Shown: positions 1 through 12,965 of the stretch, in pieces | How positions within the stretch are numbered: the stretch's first letter is position 1 | Layout of the letters: each line of letters begins with the position of its first letter | Origin: Octopus sinensis | Taxonomy: Eukaryota | Assembly (NCBI RefSeq): GCF_006345805.1 | Contig: NC_043006.1 | Span: 56,296,001-56,360,000 of the forward strand | Direction of reading: 5' to 3' | Length of the DNA: 64,000 bases | Notes under the pieces: model-generated | Told to the model about the DNA's origin: nothing | Database searches by the model: none | What the model saw: only the letters and a program-made list of their open reading frames with translations | Translations under genes and position numbers: made by a program

Positions 1-732
1 TACTCACGTATGAGTAGATATACAAATACTTTTTTCTTATAACAATATTTTTTCTTTGACATTATCTACAATTTTTTTGTATATTTATGTGCACCCCGAC
101 ACTCGTACCTTTTCTTGTATTCTTAATACACAATACTCTTCTATTACTTGAATATTATAACTACCCTAATGCCATTAAATATCCCTCTCGCATTATACCA
201 AGCTAGTTCCTTGCCTCATCATTTTTTATTTATACTAAAATATAGTTACTGTATAACTTACATATAAATACATATAAAATAATTCCTTTATCTTCTATTT
301 CATTCCCAGCTCATTTACTTCCCCTACATTCTTTTATGTTTCCGTATTCCAACATCCATTAGATATTTCAACTTCACTGTTTTCATCTTTATAGCCACAG
401 CAAGTATTTACTATCTAAATTGTAATATTAACAACTATTTTTTTCTGTTTTTAGTTATTTTCTACCTTATATTTAATACATGCTAACGAATATTCGTTCT
501 TATGTAAACATAAGCCCATCTTACGCATCTTATTCTCTCTTTAACCCTTTTTGTCTCTCTAACACTTGTTTAATTTAACTATATAGAAGCTCTTTATACA
601 CTATCTCGTCTAGATTAACTTCATTCTCATGCATTAATTTTTTGAAGTGTACACCACACTAAGTAATGTTTTTAACTGTCAGGTCATATCTTAATTGGAC
701 ATTTCTATACAATTGGTCATTTAAAAAAACTC

Positions 733-1188
733 TTGACAAATGCCAAACTTCACACACCACATCCACCCCCAGCAGTTAAAAAATGTGCACGCATAAACTG
801 TGGCACCTGCCCCTTCCTACTTGAAGGTTCTGAATTTATCTTCAAACAAGAAACGAAGTTTAAAATCAAGACCAACTTCTCCTGTTCCTCCGATAACCTT
901 ATCTACGTTCTCACATGCACCGGTTGCCAACATAACTATGTTGGACAAACGAGCCTCCCTTTACGTAAAAGAGTAGCGGTCCATAAAGAACAAATAAATC
1001 TCCCGGAATACCGGCAAATTCCACTGAGTGGCCACATAGACTCATGCGCTAAAGACAAAAATCCCAAATTTTACATATTCCCCTTCTACCAATGTAAAGA
1101 CGGAATCACCATACAGGAGAGAATTAACAAGGAGAATCTTTTTATTGAAAAATTCAAAACGCATCTTAATATGCAAACTCCTCGTTGA
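733..1188 (+). mobile_element. Penelope-like element, GIY-YIG endonuclease C-terminal fragment
   Basis: ORF has CxxxxCxxC (CARINCGTC), NLIYVLTCTGC, YVGQT, then R..H and a distal E: the PLE GIY-YIG layout. It aligns by eye with the ORF at 38625-39167. Confidence 0.85.
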
Positions 1189-2195
1189 TCATACTTCTTT
1201 TTTCTACCCCATTCTTCATGGATGGACTAATACAAATATATAAGGATACCATTCAGTCATCACTTCAAGCTAAAACTTCTATTCTTTATTTATCATTATT
1301 ATTATGTTATTATTATTATTATTTTTGTTTTTATTATATATGACATAACAATCTGAAATGTAATTGTAAATTGGCTTATGTAAATTTATATAATTAGAAA
1401 ACAATATAAATAAAGTGTTAAAATCTGAATGTTAAGTTAGCAAACAATTATATAAAAAAATAAAAAAAGATAATGCAAATGAAGCTAAAATGATAATGTT
1501 ATAATTTAAGGTTTATTAACACCCTTTATTACAAAAAATTGATAAACCCAAATTGAAGAGCTTAAAACCCACAGAGATGTCTCCCCTTACTCACAGGAAC
1601 TGAACAACTACTTCTTGCTTTGACATTCACTTAACAGACATCCTTAATTAAATTAAACAGCACATGGATTTAATCACATGGATCTCAATCCTCCAAAATA
1701 ATTTTTTCAAGAACTATCATTAAACTCGAGATACACAAAGACTTTACAATGTATCGGTGGAACTATTTTTTAATTTTTATATATGTTTATTATTATTTTT
1801 TTGCAATAAACAATGTAATTTTCTTTTTTCCCCCTCCTCAAACATAAAAAATGTTTTTCTTTTCACCTTGAAGTGCGTAGTGCAAAAAAGAAAAATGAAA
1901 AATGGCAAAAATTGGTACTGACAGAGGAGAAGGGGGTTTAAAAATTCTTAAATATTGATTTTAATCTTTTTTTTTTACTGAAATGACGTCTATTGTTTTC
2001 AAGTTCATTTCGTAGGGGCAAAGGAAAAAGAAAACATCTTCGTAAAATGCTTTCCCCCATTACGATCAAGGGTGTGGTGGAAAGAGAATTTGAAAAGTTC
2101 CCGTCAAAACGAAGGATTTTCTTCGTTTTCACGGATTCCAAAAGTCTATCAAGGCATTCTAGTCTGAAAATGGCACGGTATATGCAGCTTGTATT

Positions 2196-2197
<2 letters not shown>

Positions 2198-2284
<87 letters not shown>
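2198..2284. repeat. (TATC)n microsatellite
   Basis: Direct reading. Confidence 0.95.
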
Positions 2285-2337
2285 CGTATACTGGGTGTAT
2301 ATATATATACCTATTTTTCAATTTATTTATTTAATTA

Positions 2338-4030
2338 CACTGGTCAACAATATTTTTTAGTGTTTAAGCAATAGACATCATCCCTATACAAAATCGGTCT
2401 CTTGAATCCAAATATAACCTTCTTTTTTGACATATCAGATCTAATTATTAAGTTATTGACCACTATAATCACGTGAACAGATGCTATTTTTGTAACCTAA
2501 ATTTGAAAGGTTTTAACCGGAAAAGTCGACAAACGCTTGTCTATTCTAATCTTGCCTCTGCTGTTAGACCAGTTCCACACAGTGAAGAGCTTTCTGTTCC
2601 TGTCTTGCCTCAGATAACTTTACCTTCAACCACAGAAGAATCATTACCTGAAGATGACTCTAGAGACCGAGACTTTTCAGTTGAGACTTTACCTCAGCTA
2701 TTCTCTCTGGTAGAACTAAATGATCTAATTCGTGACTTGAACCTCCTCAAAATTCTACAGAACTGCTTCCCGACAGAAAAAGTGGAATCTTCTAGAGAAT
2801 GATGTCTGTATAACCTTTTATCGGAATCGGCATGCAGAGTTCCTTTCTTTCTTCACAAAAGAGGAAGAGCTGGTTTACTGCAGAGATGTCAGTGAGCTTC
2901 TTAATAAACTTGTCATTGAGGAATACAAACCAGAGGAATGACGTCTTTTTATAAACAGCTTTAAGCGTAGTTTAAAATGTGTATTATTGCACAATGAAAA
3001 TGTGTATGGTTCTGTCCCACTCGGCCACTCAACAACTCTGAAGGAAAAGTATGAAGAAATTAGGTTGGCTTTAGTGAAGATATAGTATCATGATCATAAA
3101 TGGCTCATCTGCGTTGACTTAAAGTTGGTGAATTTTCTTATGGGACAGCTATCTGTGTATACCAAATAGCCATGCTTTCTTTGCATGTGGGACAGTAGAG
3201 ACCGAGTAAACCACTATGTAAAGAAAGACTGGCCACCTCGAACAAACACGGCTCCATGTAGAGCTGCCAATATATTGGAGGAACCTTTAGTTGAGCGAGA
3301 CGAGATCATTTCGGCCCCTTTGAACATCATACTCGGATTGATCAAGCAATTCGTCAAAGCTCTTGACAAAATTGGAGAGTGCTTCAAGTATATCTGCTGT
3401 GCATTTCCAGACTTGACGACTGAAAAAAATCAAAGCACGGATTTTGATGGACCACAGATGGTTTTGAAGCTCTTGAAGGACATACATTTCGTGAAAATGA
3501 TAATCGAAAATGAAGCATCAGCTTGGCTGTCCATTGCAGAAGGAGTGCAAAATTTCCTTGGGAAACACAAAAGTGAAAACTATAAAAAACTTTTCGTGAT
3601 ACTGGCGCGAATATGAGCAGCAAAATATATTATATTTTTAGTCATCTTGATCGGTTTCATGAAAATCTCGGAAATGTCAGCGATTAACGAAGCGAACGAT
3701 TCCATCAGGATATCAAGGAGATGGAATCTCGGTACTAAGGACATTGGGACGCTGTAATAATAGCAAATAATTGCTGATGTTGAAAACAAGAAATTCCTGT
3801 TGCTGAACATTTATGGTGCACAAAAAAGAGCGTATATTTATTCGTTGAATTTTCTTCTAGAAATCTTTGCCAATGTGTATCTTCAATTTTGAATTTTTAT
3901 TTGTGCTTTACGCTCCCTTTATTGATTCATATTAAATGCCTCTTTTATGAATAAAATACTCTATCAGGTCTAGTCAGAAAAACTAAAGTTACTTTTTTAA
4001 TTTAGCGAGCAAATATCACTTACGAATTTG
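2338..4030 (+). mobile_element. Decayed DNA transposon, probably CMC/Chapaev-3-like transposase
   Basis: Starts CACTGGTCAACAA. Frameshifted pieces read CYFC, ELNDLIRDLNL, RSLKCVLLHN, GHSTTLKEKYEE, CFLCMWDSR, LGLIKQFVKALD, FDGPQ, NFLGKHK, SHLDRFHENLG, RFHQDIKEME. The superfamily call is from memory of these motifs. The right TIR is not clearly seen. Confidence 0.7.
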
Positions 4031-4164
4031 TAGAAATATTCAAGCGTTATTTATTCCTCTTTTCTAGCTTTCTATTCATAAACACACTCATATATTTGTG
4101 TATACAATCTCTGTGTGTGCGCGCGTGTGTGTGTATGTACATGTATATGTTAATGTTTTGGCGT

Positions 4165-4236
4165 ATTCGCTGATGAGAACTTCGCCTTGCAAATTATTTT
4201 ATTTGCTAATTAAAGTTCGAAATCTGAGGTCCGGCT
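4165..4236 (+). ncRNA. Type-I hammerhead ribozyme motif with complete core
   Basis: ATTCG-CTGATGA(4170-4176)-GAACTT...AAGTTC-GAAA(4219-4222)-TCTGAGG-TC(4230-4231)-CGGCT. Confidence 0.6.
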
Positions 4237-4460
4237 GTAAAACATGGTAAATGTGTTTATTTTTCATTCCCTTCGAAATTACTCTTAACTGTGGTTTGGA
4301 CATTTTGACTGTTCTTTCTAGTATGTTAGGCAACCTTTAAATGCTCCCCTCTTTTGTGTTTAAATGTACACAAATTTTTATATGAAAAATATGTCTATTG
4401 ACTTTGTATACATATTAGGTCACTGGTTGAAAAACTTTCTATAATTTTTCCTATACTATG

Positions 4461-4523
<63 letters not shown>

Positions 4524-4739
4524 GGTCTAGTATGCCGGTAAAGCAAGTTCATTGCTTATAGCTATATGGCGTCATCCACGGTAATTGCACAATCGTCGCT
4601 GTATCTACGTTAGGAATTCCACAATGCATCTTGGATACAACTGCTACCAACATACTCTAGATAAACTTATGAGCGAATATGTGTGTGTTTGTGTGTGAGA
4701 GAGAGAGAGAGGGAGAAAATATTTCCGTGTCTATATATA

Positions 4740-5420
4740 TATAATAATAACGAGATAAGAAGTAGCAGTAAGATTCCATATAATATTCAAAATATTGGAA
4801 CACCTAACAATAATATATATATATATAAAAATCCCAGCAAAATTCTAACAACCATAAATTTGAAAATATACAAGATGCCTTAGATAATATAACACCGCAG
4901 GCTAATAACAATAATATTTCACAAACAGTAAAGATATTTAACTCTACGATAAATAATATTACAATAAATTCAATAATAATACCATACACCATAACAAATA
5001 AACATAATAATAGTAGGCACTATTCATCTGAACAGAAATATAAAAATTAAAATAAAAACTGCTCATGTAAAAATAAAGAATTATGCCCTTTAAAATGCAA
5101 CTGTAGAAGATTTAACGTAATATACAAGTGCATAGTTGCCTTAACTAATAATTCACGTAGTATGGAATATATAGGGTGTTCTGTTAATTTTAAACAAAGA
5201 TTTTTAGCACACATACACTCCTTAAAACCAAATATAACTACTAATACTACTTCATTAGCAACGTATATACACAAACTTCAGAAAAACAAAGTTAACTACA
5301 GATTAGATTGGTTAGTAATAGATCCAGCCAGACCATACACATATAAATCTAATAGTTGCCGTCTTTGTACGAAGGAATCACTATATAATAAATTGTCAAT
5401 CAGAAGCGTTTTCAACATAT
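4740..5420 (+). mobile_element. Penelope-like element, linker plus GIY-YIG fragment (second PLE family)
   Basis: NCSCKNKELCPLKCNCRRFNVIYKCIV...EYIGCSVNFKQRFLAHIHSL...LATYIHKL...CRLCTKE. Confidence 0.8.
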
Positions 5421-6229
5421 AGATATAGGTTTTATAAAACCTTTAAACCTATATATATAAATTTGGGATGGGCGATTCTATCTTCTCTTGGGATTCATGG
5501 TCAAACAGCAGGGTGGAATTGCGCGAAACATTACAGAGATATGTAGAATGATCCGATGGTGATGCTGGGCTTCGTATTTTTTCATAGCTCCTATGGTTAC
5601 TGAGGTAATCTACTACAATAATACTCTTGTGTTTATGAATGAGAAAGGAAGGAGTGATACATGAATAAGGAAGGATGAAAAGTGTACGCTGAAAAAATAT
5701 ATCAAACAGCGTTTCAACTCTGTGTGAATATATGTGTGTGCATGTAAAATGAGGTATGTGAATGTGAATGTGTGTGTCTGAGTGTTTGTGTGTGTGCATG
5801 TGCATGTGCGCGCGTAATGGAGGTGGGATAGTTCATCTTTGTTCGCTTAGTATTTGGGTTTATGTCTTTGATTTGGATGAATCTTGGTTGGTTTTCTTTT
5901 CAGTCAGTTATTTTTAGCCTTTTGACAGAAAAAAAGTCATTGTAAATTTGTTTCAAAATAAGGTGATACAAACAGATTGATTGATAAATTAATTAAAATT
6001 ATTTGAGTATACGCTCATTTACATGACATAAATTATTCATTAAATGAATGCTGAATAGGTATTCTTATAATTAGAACCCGTGTACATGTAATCTATAATA
6101 AATGGACATTTACAGTCGCATTAAATTAAAAAATTTTAATTGGCAACATGCAATTATACAAATAAAAATATAAAAGAAATACTTTGACCACTTTATAATT
6201 TTATAATTTTGCATACATTTTATATTATC

Positions 6230-7810
6230 TGCGTCTAAAAACTATATTTGTCGAAAGTACTAGTCAAAATATATCTGTGCTGCTTCGCAGCGGTTTGTGT
6301 GTCTTCGTTTGTTTGTTTGTGCTTTCTTTTGTCGTAAGAGGAGAGATAGCTTGGCAAAGGCATGTCTGTAGAAAAGTATAGCTTCTCAGACATATCGTCG
6401 GTCGAGGAAGAGTTATTGGAGGTGGCCCTATATACTATAAACTGAAAGCGGATAAAAGAAATTTTGTCGATGTGGCAAAATGTCAGGAGACCGAATTGAA
6501 TATTGAGGAACTCGGAAGACATAGAGGTGAAAGGTATCGTGATGGTTTCGAGGTAAACTTATCGCCAACGCAAGAAATACGAAACAGGATAAAGGAGAAA
6601 ACAATAACGTATCGAACGTTTTCGATAAGTAAAGGTAAGATAGATACTGTCACTACAGAACAGGTAGAAAAGGCACTGAGGCCAATTTGGAATGATATAG
6701 TGTACCCGACGAAGGTTCGACGTTCGGTGTAATGGAGGTAAGGTTTCGAGATGCAGCATCAGAGAGAAAACGGGCGGCGACAACTATCAGGAGTGAGCAA
6801 GTGATGCTTTTGCCCCCTTACCGAGGAATGAAAGCTACGAGAATCAATGTCGAAGGGATCCCACCAGAAATTGATGTGGCCTGGGTGGCAGACGCTGTTC
6901 TCCTTGGAAATGAGGATTGCATAGTGGTTTTCCAGGTCGCAATCAATTATTGCGTACATTGGAAGGGACATACGCTAAATACAAGGAACAAATGAAAGTT
7001 TGGAAAAAATCACGGAATCAAAAATAATGGAGGAAACAGTAATGACAGTCAGGGTCGAAGGCGGAGTTCCACGCTGCTTTAAATGTGACCTAAAGGGTCA
7101 CATTAGATCAGACTGCATGACATGGACCAGAAAATCAGAAGAGAAGCAACCAAATAATACGGAGGAGGAAAAAGAAGACAGCCCCAGAAAGGAAGAGGAA
7201 GTAGCAGAAACACAGGTTAAATGGGAAAAGACCACAAGAAGAGAGGGAAGAAGGTAAGTGAATTGAACTGTAAACCCCAATCCACACTTTCTTAGACCCA
7301 TCCTCCTCTGCAGAAACAAAAACACACAAAGAAGTTCAAACCCCTCCCTCAAAGCAAAACACAAAGGAGAAAAAAGTGTAGAGCTGACATGTTATATGGA
7401 GATAATGATGAACTGTTAAATGAAGTGTTGTCATGGGACGACGTGAAAGAGGTTGGAGCTATTGGGTTTGATAATATTTTGGATTTTCACAGGTATTTGA
7501 TGCCAGATAAAAAACAGGAGGAGATAATGCATAAGTTTAAAGACGGTTATGGTTTATGGGAGCTGTACTACGACTAGGACTTACTTCCAAGTTACACAAC
7601 TTATGACAGATTATTAGAGGAAACGGGCTTTGACATGTTAGAAGGATCGGATTTTAAAAGGTAGAAAATAGTACTGATCGTAAGTGAGGAGTGTAGTTCC
7701 ATTTTCATTTTCATTTTTCGTTGATATTGTCATAATTTAAAATTTTTGTTGTGTGTCCCACACGTCTTGTATTATCCTATCTATGTGCGCACCTTGTGAG
7801 CAATAAAGAA
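6230..7810 (+). mobile_element. Decayed gag-like/ORF1-only retroelement with CCHC zinc knuckle
   Basis: Frameshifted ORFs 6472-7257 with RRM-like ATRINVEGIPPEI and CFKCDLKGHIRSDC. AATAAA near 7802. No EN or RT follows. Confidence 0.6.
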
Positions 7811-8992
7811 ATATATATTATACAAAATTTATCATGGATTACGGCAGAAGACTTACCAAGAAGGCATATACGGATTTCAAGATTCTCATACTAAAGTGTA
7901 CGTACCAAAATGAAAAAGAGTAACTTTTAATTTATATTTCAAACAAACATCACTTTCCCATATTACTTCATTTTTTTTTTTAAACTACCATTCTATAAAT
8001 CATACAAGCTTGACATTTTATATCTCTGAAGAGCGGAAATATTGTCTATAAAACTTTATCAATATAGGATTCCATTATAGAGACAATACTTTTGCGTCAC
8101 GATCGTAAAATGCTTTAAAAACTTAATTTTAAACTATTAAATTTTAAACTGTCATATTTATTATTATATATTTACATATATATATATATATGTATTTATA
8201 TTTTTAATACAATAATTGTTCTACACATTTAAATATATTTCTGAAGAATTTTCTGATTTTAATTTCCTGATGTTATTAACAATATATGTAAATATGTGTG
8301 CATGTCGGTGCATGTGTGACATGTCTACGTATAATTTCCTCCCACCAATGTATATTCACAAGGCTTTGGCAAGTCTAAGGACGGGTCGCTGAAAACATGT
8401 TAATCAAAAGTTATTTTCTACTAGAAGAGCCATAGCCTCCGCCAATATTCAATACCTTGTAAAACAGTTTGAAATAAATACAGAGTGGTTGGTAGAAAAC
8501 ACTAGCAGTAGGCATTTACGTGTCATTTTCATTATCACTAAGAAACAAACTGAGACCTAAGTTTAGTTTCTCACAAACAAATTGCAAAAACTCCCAGCAG
8601 AGATACTACTCTTTTGATTCCAGCTGAACATTTATGTTTATGATCAGAAATTATTTTAAAAATATCTCCAGAGACCTTTGTATCGTTTTACATGTTTAGA
8701 TTTGCACAAATTGTTTACAATTCGCCATCAGCCACGCACATGCTACATAAAGTGGGAAAGTATAATAATTCCAACACACACGCAACATAGCTTAAACGAG
8801 AAAGCATGTGGATATATCATATAAATATTTGCATTTCATCATATATAATCATATACCGAAATATACTCAAACACTCACACACATACACACACATACGCAC
8901 AAACTCGTACATATGGGAATGTGTGTAATATGCATATAACATATTTCTACTATAACATATGTATATGTATGTGCATGCATGTGCGTATATAT

Positions 8993-9037
<45 letters not shown>

Positions 9038-9386
9038 TATATTTGTATGTATGTATATGTATATATATATATATATTTATTATATATATAATACATATAT
9101 GTATACACACACACACACATATATATATATATATGTATATACATACATACATACATACATATATGTTGCAAATCCAAGCACAAAAATAAAGCAGGAGAAA
9201 GAAAACAAAAGTCAATTTGACGTTCACAGTGAATATCTTAAATTGATGTTCGACGAAAAGTACAAGTAGAAACGACGTTAAAGCATGACTCCTCCTTGAA
9301 TAATGGAAACGGTCCAAAGAAGTGGAAAGAGGGCAGATTGTCCGAGTAAATGCATGTGTAGTTATATGACACCCCCAAAATAACTG

Positions 9387-9442
<56 letters not shown>

Positions 9443-9787
9443 TCAAAATAAGCAACAAGAATATCTTCGATAATTATATAAACATCTTTGTCTATATATC
9501 TACCTTCTCTATAATGTTCTCAATTAATATGAAAATTATGTATTAATGGAAAGCCTCTATAAATGGCTGACGATTGCTCAACATTTTAAAATTGTTGTAA
9601 TACTTACAATAGTTAATAAAATGATGTAGCGTGAAACGATCGGACCAAATTACCGAAGATATTCTTGTTTATTTTGATTATAATTACCCCATGGATTTAT
9701 ATGGATAACACCATACAAAATTCTGGTGCATCTAACTTAAGTACCATATTCATTTGAATCTAAATTTTACTGAACCTACATACATAC

Positions 9788-9825
<38 letters not shown>

Positions 9826-10647
9826 TTATGTATGTATGTATATATATAACATGTATCTTAAAATATAAAAGTGTGTGTGTGTGTGCGTGTGTGTGTGTGC
9901 GTGTGCGTGTGTGTGTGCATATGTTCAATGTGGTTTCGAAACTGTGTTGCCGATTCTGACGTATGAGGTATCAAAACATTCAGTAATCGTTCGGCTAGCA
10001 AATAGACTTTATTTTCATTTACATATTTACATTAAAAATTTTAAAATTATAATCTTTCTCTGAGTCAACTATCGGAAACAAATTTTTATACCACCACCAC
10101 TACCTCCACGTCATATTCTCTATATGAGTGTGTATGTGTCTGTCAATGTTTGTCTGTTTGCGCGTTCCTTACGTACGATTGGCCGATGATTGATGAGTAT
10201 ATGTGTTTGACGGAGCATGCGTCTGTCGGTAGACATACATTTTTCTGTTGACTGACACCCACCCACATACACACATACACACATCTAAAGATAGAGACAC
10301 ACACGCAGAGGAACAGAGATAGGCCTGAGGTGTGCGTGAATGCATGTCTATGTGTGTCTGTCTTAGTTTGTGTATGTGACTGCAACGCCCAACAGTGAAA
10401 CGCGCCGATTTTGAAAGAGTTAAGTTTAGTTTCGGCCTGGAGGTTGAGCAGACAACTGCGTTCACTTTGAAGTACCGCTGTTTGGCTTTTCCTTTTCATC
10501 TTGGAGACTTGTAGTTTAAACAGCATTAAGGATTTTCGTTACTTATGTGTTGAAATATTATTCTGGATTTTATAACCAACATGAAGATTTGGCTGATTTA
10601 ACGGCACTCATAACACTCGCAAATATATCTGAAAAATATTTCTATAT

Positions 10648-11766
10648 TAACACGCAAATAGTGAGCGGCGTTCCGCAAGGCACTGTTTTGGGACCACTAC
10701 TGCTCATAATGGCCCTCTCAGACATGCCCTCAGCCACGCAGAGAGCCACGATCACAAGTTATGCAGATGATACAAAAGTTTCACAGGCAATACAGAACCC
10801 TGAGGACACTAAACGCCTGCAATGTGAGCTGGACAAATATACAAGTGGGCTGAAAAGAATAGCATGCAGTTCAATGCTGAAAAGTTTCAAGCTTTATGCT
10901 ATCAGCATGCAAAACTAAATGCAATACCCAATGAATACACTGGACCCGGAGGAATTGCAATCCCAGAGGCACAATCAGTGCGTGACCTGGGTATTTACAT
11001 GAGAGATGACGCAACCTTTCGTGTGCATGTTGCTAAATTGGCAATGAAATGTAGACGACTGGCCGGATGGATTCTTAGAACCTTTAGAACAAGAGAACAA
11101 GAAACCATGATGGTCCTCTGGAGGACACTTGTCCTAAGCCACTTTAACTATTGCTCTCAGCTATGGTCACCATCCAGTGTCAAGTTGATCACAGAACTTG
11201 AGGCGATCCAACGTAGCTACACGAAGAAGATAGCCTCTGTGCAGAATATAAGCTACAGGGAAGACTCAAAATATTAAAACTCTATTCCTTAGAGCGCAGG
11301 CGAGAAAGATATGCCATAATATACATCTGGAAGATCCTGGAAGAACTTGTCCCAAACTTTGGCATCGAGAGTTACACAAATGCCAGAACTGGGCGCCACT
11401 GCGTGGTGCCAAGGACTCCAAATTTGCCATCAAGATGTAGGACAAGATACTGTGATAGCCTGGGCTTCCGAGGCCCACAGCTCTTCAATATCCTCCCGAA
11501 GAACCTAAGAGACCTGCATGGGGTGGATGCAGATGTCTTTAAGATGAAACTGGATCTCTTCTTGTCAGGTATCCCAGATGAACCAACTTCACGGCAAGAG
11601 GTGCAGATGGGGGCAGCTGCATCGAACTCTCTCATGCACCAAATGGCAGTTGCTAAAAAGCATTCGTGAAGTAAAACCATGTAGCAACACCAAATGGCGG
11701 TGCCCCAGCATGGCCACAGCTCGTGAGCTGAAACTAGAATCAATCAATCAATCAATCAATCAATCA
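10648..11766 (+). mobile_element. 5'-truncated CR1-like LINE, RT C-terminus, 3' UTR and (TCAA)n tail
   Basis: SGVPQGTVLGPLL, YADDTKV, VRDLG, GWILRTF, NYCSQLWSP; ends gaaactagaa(tcaa)n. Confidence 0.9.
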
Positions 11767-12099
11767 TATAGAGGTGAAATAGAAAGCTTTAGCGGCTCTT
11801 TCAATATAATTACAGAACTGTTATTCTTGTCCTTATAACCAGTTTGAAGATAATACTTTTTCTAACAGTCCTAGCGTATTCCTGCTATGCTACTTTATCA
11901 GTGTGAGTATTCAACGCCGTGCAACTGTTTTATTGCGTTACTTAGTATTTATTCTACAGCCTATAACCTTACACAGTTAAAATACATAGTGAGTAATGTC
12001 AAATTAACTAATGTCTTGCTACATATATCCTTCAGCAAATGTGTTAAATTAATTAACGTTCACAACAGAAAAATAACAAATAGTAAAATAATAAATTCA

Positions 12100-12650
12100 T
12101 TTGTATGAAAAATTGAATTATGTCTTCTGAATTTTCTTCGAGCTTGACATTCCGCACCGTGACATTCAATCCTGAATTTTTAACATTTGGTACATATTCC
12201 AAACAAATGTTGACTTGTACTTTGTTACACTCTCATCCCTACACATGTTCCATTTGAATTTAAGACTCTTCAGTTTCCAGTCAAAATAAGTTTTGGTAAT
12301 TCAGTTAAGAAATCTCAGGGTAAATTTGTCAAAGTAGTTGAACTTCATCTCTCTACTACATGCTTCTCACACAGCCAACTCTATGTTGTTTGCTCGCGAG
12401 TTGGAAGCAGCAACAATTTATTTATTTCCACATCAACAAAAAATTACACAATGAATATTGTTTACCCTGAGTGCTTCATGATTGACAGATTTTCCTTTCG
12501 AAATTCTGTTACCATTGCAATTTGAATATTTTTAAAATAAAATATAGATATTTTAAAATAATTATGAGAATATATCTTTAGATTTATTGTTTACTAATGT
12601 GAATAATAACAGCAGTAACACGGGCAACGCCGGATCAATCATTCAGCTAG
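12100..12650 (+). mobile_element. Helitron 3' fragment (Pif1-like helicase C-terminus, hairpin, CTAG end)
   Basis: 12240-12480 reads PFEFKTLQFPVKISF..KKSQG..CFSHSQLYVVCSRVG..NIVYPE. Degenerate hairpin 12619-12633. CTAG at 12647-12650 followed by T. Confidence 0.85.
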
Positions 12651-12699
12651 TATATATATATTATATATATATATATATAATATATATATATACATGCAT

Positions 12700-12965
12700 A
12701 TACATTATTTACATTTGACGGATATTTGTTCTCATCTTGTTTGTTGTTAACACAACGTTTGGGCCGATATACCCTCTAGCTTTCATCAGGTGTCTTGAGG
12801 AAATTTCGAACCTGGTTTCTCATTCCTAAGGTATTTTTCGATGTTATTATTATTACTTTTAGTAGTAGTAGTATTAGTATTAGTATTATTATTCAGATCA
12901 CTGTCTGGAATCGAATCGGAATCTTGCGGTTAATAGCCCGCGCTCTTAACCACTAGGACATATGG
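12700..12965 (-). mobile_element. tRNA-derived SINE whose 3' part carries a hammerhead-like motif
   Basis: Minus strand: GTCCTAGTGGTTAAGAGCGCGGGC (A box), ATTCGATTCC (B-box-like), a TAA-type linker, then GACAC-CTGATGA-...-CAAA-CG-TT-GTGTT. Confidence 0.7.
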
